From NCBI GenBank assembly GCA_951406725.2, contig OX597818.1, positions 9,548,001 to 9,612,000 on the forward strand: a stretch of DNA of 64,000 bases, given 5' to 3'. How positions within the stretch are numbered: position 1 is the stretch's first letter; every line of letters starts with the position of its first letter. Origin of the DNA: Octopus vulgaris (lineage: Eukaryota). Shown here piece after piece: positions 29,890 through 41,299 of the stretch. The notes below the pieces were generated by a model. The model was given only the letters and a program-made list of their open reading frames with translations. It had not been told where the DNA came from and made no database searches. Both the position numbers and the translations under genes were made by a program.

Positions 29890-30481
29890 ACGTTTGTTCC
29901 TGTCTGGTGTAGGCGTGTCTCGAAGACTACGTCATCCAGATCATTTTGCACTGCACAGACAGCCTCCCTCTTTGAATTTTTTGTGCTATGTCCCAATCTT
30001 CATTGCCTTTGGTGACTTTTTAGAGAACTCTTTTACAAATGCACGCTGCACATTCTCGTTCTACTATTCGAGCATACTCCAACACAAAACGCCTTTTCTC
30101 TTCCAGTGAAAGCCATTTCTATACCTGAAAAGAGAAACATATCAAACATTAAACATAAAATGTTGACCTGTTTAATCTTTTACTCTAAATAATTAATATA
30201 TATATATATACATATACATATATACGACGGGATTCTTTCAGTTCCCGTCTACCAGATCCACTCACAAGGCTTTGGTCGGCCCGAGGCTATAGTAGAAGTC
30301 ACTTGCCCAAGGTTCCATGCAGTGGGACTGAACCCAGAACCATGTGGTTGGTAAGCAAGCTACTTACCACACAGCCACTCCTACGCCTGTTTCTACATAT
30401 GCTGTTAAAATTTGAAGTCATTTGATCAAGAACTGGCAAAGTAATTAGATTGCGAAATTATATGAATTGTTTTGAAGCACC

Positions 30482-30486
<5 letters not shown>
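29890..30486 (-). mobile_element. Tc1/mariner-superfamily 5' fragment (DUF4817-like HTH), interrupted by a SINE head
   Basis: From ATG at 30116: MAFTGREKAFCV/EYARI/NVQRAFVKEFSKKSP..HKKFKEGGCLC. TIR-like CAGGGTGCTTCAAAA ends at ~30486. Confidence 0.7.
30224..30388 (-). mobile_element. SINE head (major family), tRNA-derived half only
   Basis: Near-identical to 21163-21326. Confidence 0.88.
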
Positions 30487-30547
<61 letters not shown>

Positions 30548-31470
30548 ATGTGTGTGTATGTGTATATATATATATACATATATATATATACATATATATA
30601 TATATATGAATGGATGGATGGATGGATGGATGGGTATATGTGTGTGTTTGTGAGTGTGCGTGTGTTTGCGCGTGTGTGTGTTTCTGTGTGTACGCAAGTG
30701 TGAGTGTATGTGTAATGACATAGTTACACTATACATGCACAAACATTAGAGAACACCAAATACACATTGTTTCTATCAACGATTCCTTCTTTCCTTCTCT
30801 CCCTTTTTCACTCCATCTCTCCATCTCTTTCCCTCTCCCTCTTTCTCTGTTTATCCCTCTCTCTCTCTAAATAATTAAACAGTAATTTCAGTTCATACAG
30901 TTAGCGCTATAATTTATTCATATATAGGCATACACAATTAAATGGCTATTTATGTATGAACATGTGTCTGCACGAGGTTCATTTTTTTTTTGTTGTGTGT
31001 TTTATTTATATCTGTTAGTGCATGTGTAAATGCTTGCATGTAAATTTTAGCTATATAGACATACATACACGTTTGCGTACCTTTATATGCATGAGTGATT
31101 TTGTGAGTTGACCCAATATTAATGTTTTATACCTCACCACATGCAATGAGGGTTACTCTTGTCTGCAAAATTTGATCCACATAATCAATATACACAACCT
31201 GATAGAAACAGCAGCCAAGTTCACCGTAAACTATGATCTGCTATCGTGAAAATGACAAACATATTGCCCAGTGTAGTGTTACATTTACAGAAAATAAAAG
31301 GGACCGAACTTGAAACGGCTTTCCTCTTATACACCTAGACTTAAACATACCCATCCAGACACTAACAAACAGACACACAAACGAATACGTACACACACAT
31401 ACACACACGCACACACACACACACACACACACGCACACACACACACATATATATATATAAATAGATATAT

Positions 31471-31516
<46 letters not shown>

Positions 31517-31652
31517 ATGTAGATGTGTGTGTGTATATATATATATGTATGTATACATATATACATATACTCTTAGAAATATATATATATATGTGTTAAT
31601 GTATATGCAAATATGCATATTTATATATATGTAAATATATATATATATATAG

Positions 31653-32658
31653 AATGGTTGTATACTGTCAATCTAACAAGAACGTGACAGTAGGGGGTAC
31701 ACCACCGCTGTATAGCCCTAGGAAGCATCGAACGCCTCCTGATGGCTTTGACACATTTTTCCCTGTGTCCTTATATACATTTACGAAGGGGAGACAAACA
31801 CCCCCGGCTGCCGGAACTGCATCCAGGGAGAACATCTGAAAGATGAAATACCTAGAAAAGGATAATGTGGGACCGGAGCCAGTTTCAGATTTTTCAAGAT
31901 ATGCCTGCACACATATACTTGATCTATCTTCATCAGCCAAACATATACCACGACAACATTTCAGATGTTACCACATTAATGCCAATACACTCGACTGAAA
32001 CGCCGAAACGCTAACAGAACGAGAACGGTGAAGAAGTTTCAATAAATTAGTAATGCAATACTAGAGTATTGCCTTCCAGTAAAGAATAGCCCGTGAGGGA
32101 AAAATATACATAGAAGTAAATATATGGCACAACGAAGTACCGATATTTACTGGAAATAGCGAACGTAATAATATGACGCTAACAGAACGTGACAGTAGGG
32201 GGTACACCACCGCTGTATAGCCCTAGGAAGCATCGAACGCCTCCTGATGGCTTTGACACATTTTTCCCTGTGTCCTTATATACATTTACGAAGGGGAGAC
32301 AAACACCCCCGGCTGCCGGAACTGCATCCAGGGAGAACATCTGAAAGATGAAATACCTAGAAAAGGATAGTGTGGGACCGGAGCCGGTTTCAGATTTTTG
32401 AAGATATGACTGCACACATATACACATATCAGCACACATATCAGCTAAACATATACCACGACAACATTTAAGATGTTACCACATTAATGCCAATACACTC
32501 GACTGAAACGCCGAAACGCTAACAGAATGAGAACGGTGAAGAAGTTTCAATAAATTAGTAATGCAATACTAGAGTATTGCCTTCCAGTAAAGAATAGCCC
32601 GTGAGGGAAAAATATACATAGAAGTAAATATATGGCTCAACGAAGTACCGATATTTAC
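31653..32658 (-). mobile_element. Tandem ~505-bp hammerhead-containing repeat (retrozyme / Penelope pLTR-like), 2 copies
   Basis: Direct repeats 31673-32150 and 32179-32658, flanked by (AT)n. Each unit contains an HHR motif. Related fragment at 58991. Confidence 0.85.
31865..31944 (-). ncRNA. Type-I hammerhead ribozyme with extended stem II
   Basis: TGG-CTGATGA-AGAT..(TCAAG/CTTGA, ATATG/CATAT)..ATCT-GAAA-CTGGCTCCGG-TC-CCA. Predicted cleavage between 31871 and 31870. Confidence 0.8.
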
Positions 32659-32710
32659 AGTAAAGAATATATGCATATTATATGTATACATATATATATG
32701 CAATATATAT

Positions 32711-32768
<58 letters not shown>

Positions 32769-32775
<7 letters not shown>

Positions 32776-33225
32776 TCGCCATACTAATATGGCATTCTTA
32801 TAAAAATAAGAAAAAAGCTGTCCGCTTATTAGCTCCATGAGGCCATCGCCTTAAGTTAGCTATTTGATACACAAACTGTATCCATATAACCTTCGAACTA
32901 GGTAAATAAAACCATCGAACAGAGATTGTCGGAAGCGACACCTACTGGCTGGCTACGCTGCATTGAAAAGGGGCAATACCCCGAAACGCGTCTGTAGCTG
33001 CCGGTCAAGTAGTGTGGAGCGACTGACCTCCCTTGTTCGAAGGTTATATGGATACAGTTTGTGTATCAAATAGCTAACTTAAGGCGATGGCCTCATGGAG
33101 CTAATAAGCGGACAGCTTTTTTCTTATTTTTATAAGAATGCCATATTAGTATGGCGATAACTATTATTTTCCGGGAACGCTGCCGCTGTTCTCTTTTAGA
33201 GAGACTTAGTTATTTTAATATTTCT
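32769..33225 (+). mobile_element. Penelope-type inverted terminal repeat: 130-bp perfect arms enclosing a hammerhead
   Basis: Arms 32769-32898 and 33035-33164 with a 136-nt spacer, inserted in (AT)n. Confidence 0.85.
32957..32998 (+). ncRNA. Minimal type-I hammerhead ribozyme, U3-A8 core variant
   Basis: GCTGCA-TTGAAAA-GGGG-CAATA-CCCC-GAAA-CGCG-TC-TGTAGC. Stem I is extended by TGGCTGGC/GCCGGTCA and CTAC/GTAG. Confidence 0.85.
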
Positions 33226-33374
33226 ATTATATATATATATATATATATGCATATTATATGTTAATGTCCTGTTATTTGTATTTGTGTACCATTTCTTCCT
33301 TTTTTGCGTCCTTGTTTTCGTATACGTTCGCTGCTTTCTTCCAAGGAATCTAGTGCTCTTAGCTTATTTTTTCC

Positions 33375-33464
33375 TTGGAGCTGGCCAGATTGGAGCAATC
33401 TCGGGTATAACCAGTCGAAATTGCAAAGATAATCTGGAACTCGACTGAGGTAAGAAAACTCCAA
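33375..33464 (+). ncRNA. Scrambled-order (pseudoknotted) hammerhead-like motif within a T-rich repeat (33260-33580)
   Basis: GCTGG/CCAGT, CCAGATT/AATCTGG, GCAAT-C/GAAATTGC, TCGGGT/ACTCGA, CTGAGGT core, TTGGAG/CTCCAA. Confidence 0.6.
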
Positions 33465-33575
33465 AAGACCCGTCCTTGTTTTCTTTGTATCGCCTGTCTG
33501 GATGTTTGTTGTCCATTTTTTGCATCACCTAACTGCCTGGATAGTTTGCGTTCTTGTCCAATGTTTTGTATTTTG

Positions 33576-33623
<48 letters not shown>

Positions 33624-33731
33624 TATATGTGTTTGTGTATGTATGTATAACGGGCTGTGCTTATTTGTGTGTATGCATGCAATTGTATTAGTCAATGTAC
33701 ACTCATACAAATACAAACATATAAAATATGT

Positions 33732-33767
<36 letters not shown>

Positions 33768-34997
33768 GTGTATGTTTTCGAGTGTTCTTCCAACCGCGCG
33801 CACATGTGTGTATAATTCACAATTTATGAGACTACGCTCAGAATAAGTATTAATCAATCAAGCCCGATTAATAAAAATTATAGAGAAAATCAGGATGTGA
33901 TGGATTTTGATTGACTCTTTATAAATATACACGTGAGTGTGCGCGCGCGTATGTGTGTCTGCGTGCACGTAAGTGTTGTACGATCGCGTATATGTGTGTG
34001 AGCGCATATGTGTATGTGCGCAGGCGTATGTGTGTGTTTGTGTGTGTATGTGTATCTGTATGTACGCGTACATATGGTCTTTACGCAACTGGATGGCCCT
34101 TAGGTGGTTGATCGATGTACAAAAGATGGCACCCCTTCTTCTTTTTCTCTCATCCTACACCATTAAGGTCACATTGTGTAACATATTACTAGATGAAAGA
34201 AGTCTAAAGAAATGCCGTGGTTACTGTCTTTGAATCTTTCATCCCAGTTCAATGTTTAATGCTAGCGGGGCTGGGTTGGTCTAAAAATATACAACGACAT
34301 TTGAAGGCAGAATAGAATCAGTCGCAGAATTATCTAGCAACCGTAGCTGTGTTTCGACGTAGATATCGCAAGACGGAGAAGAACATGGGGATCCTAAACG
34401 TCAAGGATGAAATATAGGTCAGATGACAATGCGAGAAAATATTTCTCATTTTGAGATTCAGCCCATGAATGTGTTTGCTTTCTGGAAAAAAGGTTTATGT
34501 ACGTCTTCATGCTCAACTTCATATGATAATGCCCATTTGGCAAATTATAATCACCAGAGAATGTACTCTCATTCACATCTTTTGGGAATTGTACTGCTTC
34601 TTCCTCTTCACTCTTTTACCCAGCATCAGAGAACATCTACCATAACAACGACAATAATAAACAATCTAAAGAATAATATTCTAAAAATAAAGAAAAAACA
34701 TATAATAAATAAAAAGATAGGTAAAATAATAAATAAATGTACAAATAATGTAAACTAAACATTATCATGTCAGAATTGTCAGAAGTATAACAATAATAAT
34801 ATTCATTTCTGACATTCCTGTATGGTCACAAATATATAGGAAGCAGTAGGGTAGAGTTAATATATATATATATATACATATATTTGTACGTGTATTCATA
34901 CATATACACACATACATATATATAGATAACTATGTAGATATAGGCGTGTGTATATATGTATATATGTGTATAAATATGTATATGTACATACATATAC

Positions 34998-35046
<49 letters not shown>

Positions 35047-36227
35047 CATATATATATATATGTATATGTACATATATATGTATATATATATATGTATATA
35101 TATATGTATATGTATGTATATATATATATGCTAATGTATATATACATTGTTATACACATATATGCATGTACACATATATATGTACATATATGTGTATATT
35201 TATGCATGTGTATGCATATATATACGTACATATGTATGTATGTGTATATATATATATTACAACTATTTAGCCGTATATGTAGTTTGCATAAATAAAAAAG
35301 ATTGCGACTTGTTTATAATAAAACTGATGGCTTTATTTTCATTATAGCGTCCTTGCTCTGGGTATAAATTAGAATTCTTCTAAGACAAGGCTGTAACGTG
35401 TTTCCCAGTCAAGTTATTAGATACGCCAGAATTGTAAATAATGTTAATGTATTTTTGGAAAGAATTAAAATTTGAATGATGCATATAGAAAAATAATATA
35501 GCGTAAAAAAAATAAGTTAAATGTTTTAACCGTTACTTGGAAAGAAAGTAATGAATTGTTTGAAACTTTTTAGCATTTACTTGTTAAAACTTAGTGTATA
35601 TTTACAGAAATATTGGTTTTTACTCGACATTAATTGTAATGTCAGTTTTCTTCAACTTCAATGTAGATTCTATGTTAATCATTCAGTTCAATTTCGCTTC
35701 GTTACAGTGTAATTCTAGTGATATTGGTACGTATTTTGACTCTAGAAATGAACGATTGCGGAAAGTATTGATATGTAGTGGGGAAGAAGTAACACGTAAT
35801 GATATGTGATCATAATAGTTTAGTCACAATTGATATGCTGTTGCAAATAACTCGAGAATACCAATAGTGTATGGAGAGGTTTATAGAAGTAGTGAGAGAG
35901 AACAGAGGTTAATAGAAATTGTAGCGTGAAGCGGCAACTCCACGGTTTAGTGTTAAGGTAATGAAGCACAGCCACAGCATAGCTGTAACTTCATGACTTA
36001 TTACGATTCGAAGATTTACTCAGTTTAATTTGGGGATCTTAGCAGGTGACCAGGTTACCTTGATTCTAACTAGGTCATGGTTTCTTCCCCCTGCGCACAT
36101 TTCGGGTTCACTTATTACTATTTGGTTTGAGTATCAAACTATTAACGTGCTTTTATGTGTGTATGTGTGTGTGTGTGTACATAAATATACATATATATGT
36201 ATATATGTATACACACAGGCACATATA

Positions 36228-36608
36228 CACGCAGACGTAACTGTGTGATAAGAAGCTTGCTTCCTATCCACATGGTTCCGGGTTCACTCCACTGAGTGCC
36301 AACTTGGGCAAGTGTCTTCTACTATAGCTTCGAGTGAACCCAATTCTTTTGAGTGGATTTGGAAGGCGGAAACTGGGAGAAAAGCGTCGTATGTGTGTGT
36401 GTGTGTTTGTGCTCTGTTTGTCCCCCACCATCGCTTGACAACCGATTGCGTCCCTGTACCTTAGTGGTTTGGCACAAAGGGAGGCGATAGAATAGGTAAC
36501 AAGATTAGCAAAAAACATTTAAGTACTGGGTTTGATTTATTCTACTGAAAAAATCCCCAGGGTGATGCTCTAGCATGGCCGCAGTCTACTGACTAAAACA
36601 ACTAAAAG
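36228..36608 (+). mobile_element. Diverged full-length SINE (major family)
   Basis: CACATGGTTCCGGGTTCA..TTGGGCAAGTGTCTTCTACTATAGC..GCATGGCCGCAGTC..GACT. Confidence 0.85.
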
Positions 36609-36639
36609 ATTATAAATATATATATAAAGGACTAAAAAG

Positions 36640-37001
36640 GTTGTTTATTAGCAATTACAATCCAAAGGCAAAAACTAATAGAGGTCACAAAAGTGACAAC
36701 GAGTACTGACTGAGTTAAAGCAACTCAAATGCCATAAAAGCACTGAACGTAATGACTGACAAAGGGAGGTAAGTCCCCAGCGTACATAGTCGGATCGCTA
36801 TTTCGGATTTTGATGTAGACCATCGTTATCCTCATCAGCGACTCTTAACGCCTAGGGTGAAACGCAGCTACCTCAGTTAGTCTTTTAAGAAAAACCGTTG
36901 AAAACACGTGCTGATTTTTAAAGCGGTAAAAATGTAAACAAGAAATTAAGAACTGTGGCTTATTAGCAATAAGAACCTAAAGGCAAAATTAATGGAGGTC
37001 A
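36640..37001 (-). mobile_element. Retrozyme-like element: ~315-nt unit with ~42-nt terminal direct repeat
   Basis: TTATTAGCAAT..AAAGGCAAAA..GAGGTCA at 36645-36686 and 36960-37001, with a central HHR. Confidence 0.75.
36788..36843 (-). ncRNA. Canonical-core minimal type-I hammerhead ribozyme
   Basis: AGTCG-CTGATGA-GGAT-aac-GATG-gtcta-CATC-aaa-ATCC-GAAA-TAGCGA-TC-CGACT. Predicted cleavage between 36793 and 36792. Confidence 0.88.
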
Positions 37002-37855
37002 TATATATATTAAGATATATATATTAAGATAAAACTTACTTGAAAATGGATGCGTAACGTTTAATCAAATAATAATATAAATAATATACATATACACGCA
37101 CATATGTACATACATGCATATGTATGTATATAAGTATGCATATATAGGTACAGGACGTGACAAAATGTAAACAACGTAAAATGCGAAAATAATGTTGGGT
37201 ACGCAAAGAACGAGAGAAACAAATGGAAAACAAGATAAGTAACATAAAAAACGACCCTTCATCAGTTGTCGGCTGTCTTTCTACTCCTTATTTCGAGCAA
37301 CGAGAAAAGACTTATTTTGCGAACCAAAATAAGAGAAAATATAGGAGAAGAGATAGATAGGAATACATCTGAACTGCATAATAGACTGAAGGAAAAGAAA
37401 AATGATTTCGTGAGGAAAGGATGCACACTGCCAGCGGGCTCTCCAGCGGGCATAGTGTTTGCTGATTTTAACCCACGCTGGTGGAAAGGGGAGAGCAGAA
37501 ATTCTTCGTTTGCATATTTGAATTTGATAACACTGTTAGTTTTGAGCAGATCTTCAGAAGCGATAACAGGCCGAAAGGGTATGCTCCCGCTTTCAGTGTT
37601 TTCAAATCCAAACCAGGGAGTTCTGAGCTGATGATAGAAGTGTCGATTTTGACTAATCTTGAAACGTACGTTCTCAAATAACCTTTGCATTTGATTTTTT
37701 TAATGTCTCTACCCTCATACTTTCGTGAGTTGAGTTGAGCAAACACTATATGAGAGAGATTTTCTTTAAGTATTGGAGATAGTTTTAAAAAAGTTTTTTT
37801 AGCTGCTATTTCTAATGAGTTCAGTATGCGGCAAAGTAATTTATTTTACTAAGCC

Positions 37856-37920
<65 letters not shown>

Positions 37921-37948
37921 CATACATATATATACATGCACACACATA

Positions 37949-39213
37949 CGAAGGGTGTTTATTAAACATTTCCCTTGACCAGTTCCGGATATTGCAGGAA
38001 ACGGAACTTGTATAGGTAAAATTAAACATGTCTTTACATGTCTCATTGTAAATTGCAGTTTTCCACTAGTATTCATTTGCTTTTTACGGCTGTTGAAGTG
38101 CACTATGGTGTTATATAATGGAGGCAGTTCAATGCAGATCAATGATCAGGTTCTTATACTTGAAAGGTTGTACACTAAAAGAGACCTTCGATGAGATGAA
38201 AGAAGTTTATGGTGACGATGCACTTTCATACGACATACTCAAGCTCGCGCAGCGCCAGTTCAAATGTGGTCAGACATCGGTAGAAACTGCTCCTAGTCCT
38301 CGACATCCACTTTCCATCATTGATGACGACACCATCCAGAAAGTAGAATCCGACATTTTGGGGGATAGCCACATAACTATTCGGCAACTAGTCTAAGAAG
38401 TGAAGATAAGTGTAGGGTCCGTGCAAAAAAATCACTCACGACCATTTGCAGATGCGGAAGCTGTCTGCACGATGGATTCTCCACAGGCTCACATCTTTTC
38501 AGAAACAGGAACGAGTCAATTACTCACAAGCTCTTTTCACAATGTGCCAACAAAACAAGGGCATTTTTGGCAAACTAATGAAACATGAGTCTATCATTAT
38601 GACTCTAAGACTACAGACTAGTCGAAGCAATGGAAGCATGATAACTCACCAACTCCAAAGATGGCTCGTGTCCAACTCTCAGCAAGCAAGGTGAGCTCAC
38701 AGTCTTTTGAGACCAGCTCGTAGTAGCTGGTAAAGGGAACCACAATTAACGGGACATATTATGCTTCTCTGCTGCAGAAATTGCGGGACGCCATCAAGAC
38801 AGAGAGGCGTGGCATGCTGACCAAAGGAGACCACCTCCTCTATGACAACGCCCCAGCTCGCAATACGCATGTTGCCCATATGGAAGCACACTCCTGCGGT
38901 TATGAAATCCTTCTTCATACCCCTTACTCTCTCAACCTCGTCCCTATCTCACTGCCACCTTTTTCGGACCATGAATTCTTTTTTCATAAAGAAGCACTTT
39001 TCGGATGGTGAAGAATTTCCGAGGTAAAGTCTTAGCTCCAGACATAACCTACCAACTTTTACAAACGAGATCTTCACAGAAGCATAAAATGATGGGTGAG
39101 GCTTGTTACCATTGGTAGTGGCTTTGTAGAGAAGGACAAATAACTATGCCAAGTTTTGTTTATGTGTGTCCTTGGGAAGTGGATCAGGGGAAACTTTTAA
39201 TGAACACCGCTCG
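37949..39213 (+). mobile_element. Full-length but inactivated mariner transposon
   Basis: TIRs CGAAGGGTGTTTATTAAACATTTCCC / GGGAAACTTTTAATGAACACCGCTCG. Transposase remnants MEAVQCRSMIRFL, SARWILHRLT, YDNAPA and PYSLNLVP, with stops and frameshifts. Confidence 0.93.
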
Positions 39214-39215
39214 TG

Positions 39216-39248
<33 letters not shown>

Positions 39249-39416
39249 ACGACGAGTTTCTTTCAGTTTCCGTCTACCAAATCTACTCACAAGAGTTTGG
39301 TTGATCGGCCCGAGGTTATACTAGAAGACACTTGACCAAGTTACTATGCAGTTGAACCTAATCCGGAACCTTATGGTTGAGAAGCAGGTTTCTTACCACA
39401 CATACATGCCTGCGCC
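39249..39416 (-). mobile_element. SINE head (major family), diverged
   Basis: TTTCAGTTTCCGTCTACCAAATC..GAAGACACTTG..TTACCACAC. Confidence 0.8.
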
Positions 39417-39835
39417 TTGCATACATATTTGCGTACATACACGCTTACATGCATAAATATTTATACGTATGTATATATGTATGTATTTATGTAAAGGTAA
39501 GTTCATAATTTGGTATTCGAAGCAAATTGACATAAATGTCAGTTAAAGTCAAATACGGTTGAGAAGTCATTACATAGTTAGATTCAAGATAACTCGATCA
39601 TACACAGATGCACACATACACACACACATATACATATGCATGTGTTAATACACACACACACACATATCCCTTCGTAACGTACATAGAAATATAGATGGAT
39701 ATATATATATATATATATATATAATTTTAATCCAAACGGGAAAACAAAAAAACAACAACAATGGAACAATTACAGTATTATTATTAATAGGCGCTCAGGA
39801 AATGGAATATATATATACCCACACACATACAAACA

Positions 39836-39976
39836 TGTATACATACATACATACACACATACATACATACATACATACATACATACATACATACATACAT
39901 ACATACATACATACATACATACATACATACATACATACATACATACATACATACATACATACATACATACATACAT
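39836..39976. repeat. (ATAC)n microsatellite
   Basis: Direct inspection. Confidence 0.95.
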
Positions 39977-40392
39977 AGAGTAGCAGTCAATGGCTGAGGT
40001 CGATGGCTTCGGCTACACTCATAAGTCGAAATAAGAGACGATTATTATTGTTTTTGTTTAAACACTAATAATAGTGTGTATTTTTGTTTACATCTTTGCT
40101 TTTCCCTCCTCTGCTTATTTCTGACTATCCTTCCCTCTTCCCCTCTGCTAAATCATTTTCCATCTTTAATTATCTTTCCCCTTCTACTTCTATGGTTCTA
40201 ATTCTTATTCTCTTCCTTCTGTTTCGTTTTATACTCTTTACTGTCACTCACTTTCTTTATATCCTTCCTTTATTTTGTCTTCATTCTACATTTTTCTCGC
40301 TGTTTCACTTCCCCATTCCTCTCTTACAGTCACAATCTCTCTACCTCTCTCTTCTCTCCTCCCTCTAGTCTCTCTCTCTCTCTTCTCTTTCA

Positions 40393-40445
<53 letters not shown>

Positions 40446-41299
40446 ATTCTCTTTCTTTTTATAAATAAATAAATCGGTGATCTCTACTCTGTTAATTCCA
40501 TTATTGTCTGGTTCATGAATTTTCTGTGACAAAACGCTATCTATTTTCGAGACAGTTCTGCCTGGAACTTACTCAATGGCTTTTGAACATTAAGAACAGT
40601 TTTAAAAAAACAGAAAGAAACTAAAACGGCTACAACAACAATATAAACAATATCAACAGCAGAAACATCATTATCAACAATATCAACAGCAAAGATAATA
40701 GTCTGTAAGAATAATAAATGTTTTCATGAAAATTTTGTTCAAATGCTTTTTTTACAAATTTATGGTATTACGATCAATTCATTAAGTTTTCATCGTGACA
40801 ATATTACGTTTGATCTTCATTATCATCAGCAGCAGCACCATTATCGTCGTTATCATCATCATCTTCAGCAACAGCAGCAGATCATCATCATCATCAATAA
40901 CATCGTCTCTCTCGTTATCATCATTGTCATTATCAAAATTATAATGACAATCACAATCGTTTTATTGTTTTCAGCATAAGCAGCAGCATCGCCACTACTA
41001 CCACCAGTAGCAACAGCACCTACAATACTGTCAGTCACCACCACCAACACCAATATCATTGCTATCACAAAACACCACGACCTCAGCACCTCAAAAGCCA
41101 TCAGTGTCAACATCATCTTCATAAAAACTATCATCATGAATACAGTCGATTAATCAAGTACCAGTCATATTCTAAAATTCATTTCAACATTTAATACTCC
41201 AAAACATTTGAGGCATTTGTCACGTAGAAATTATAAAAATTATGGGTACGTAGGGGAGAAATGTACCGAAAATTGTCCAAAATCTACACAGATGTCTTG

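Noticed and set aside
31668-32439. Repeated 86-90 aa ORFs in the 505-bp tandem
   Set aside because: No recognisable domain. The RNA structure explains the conservation better.
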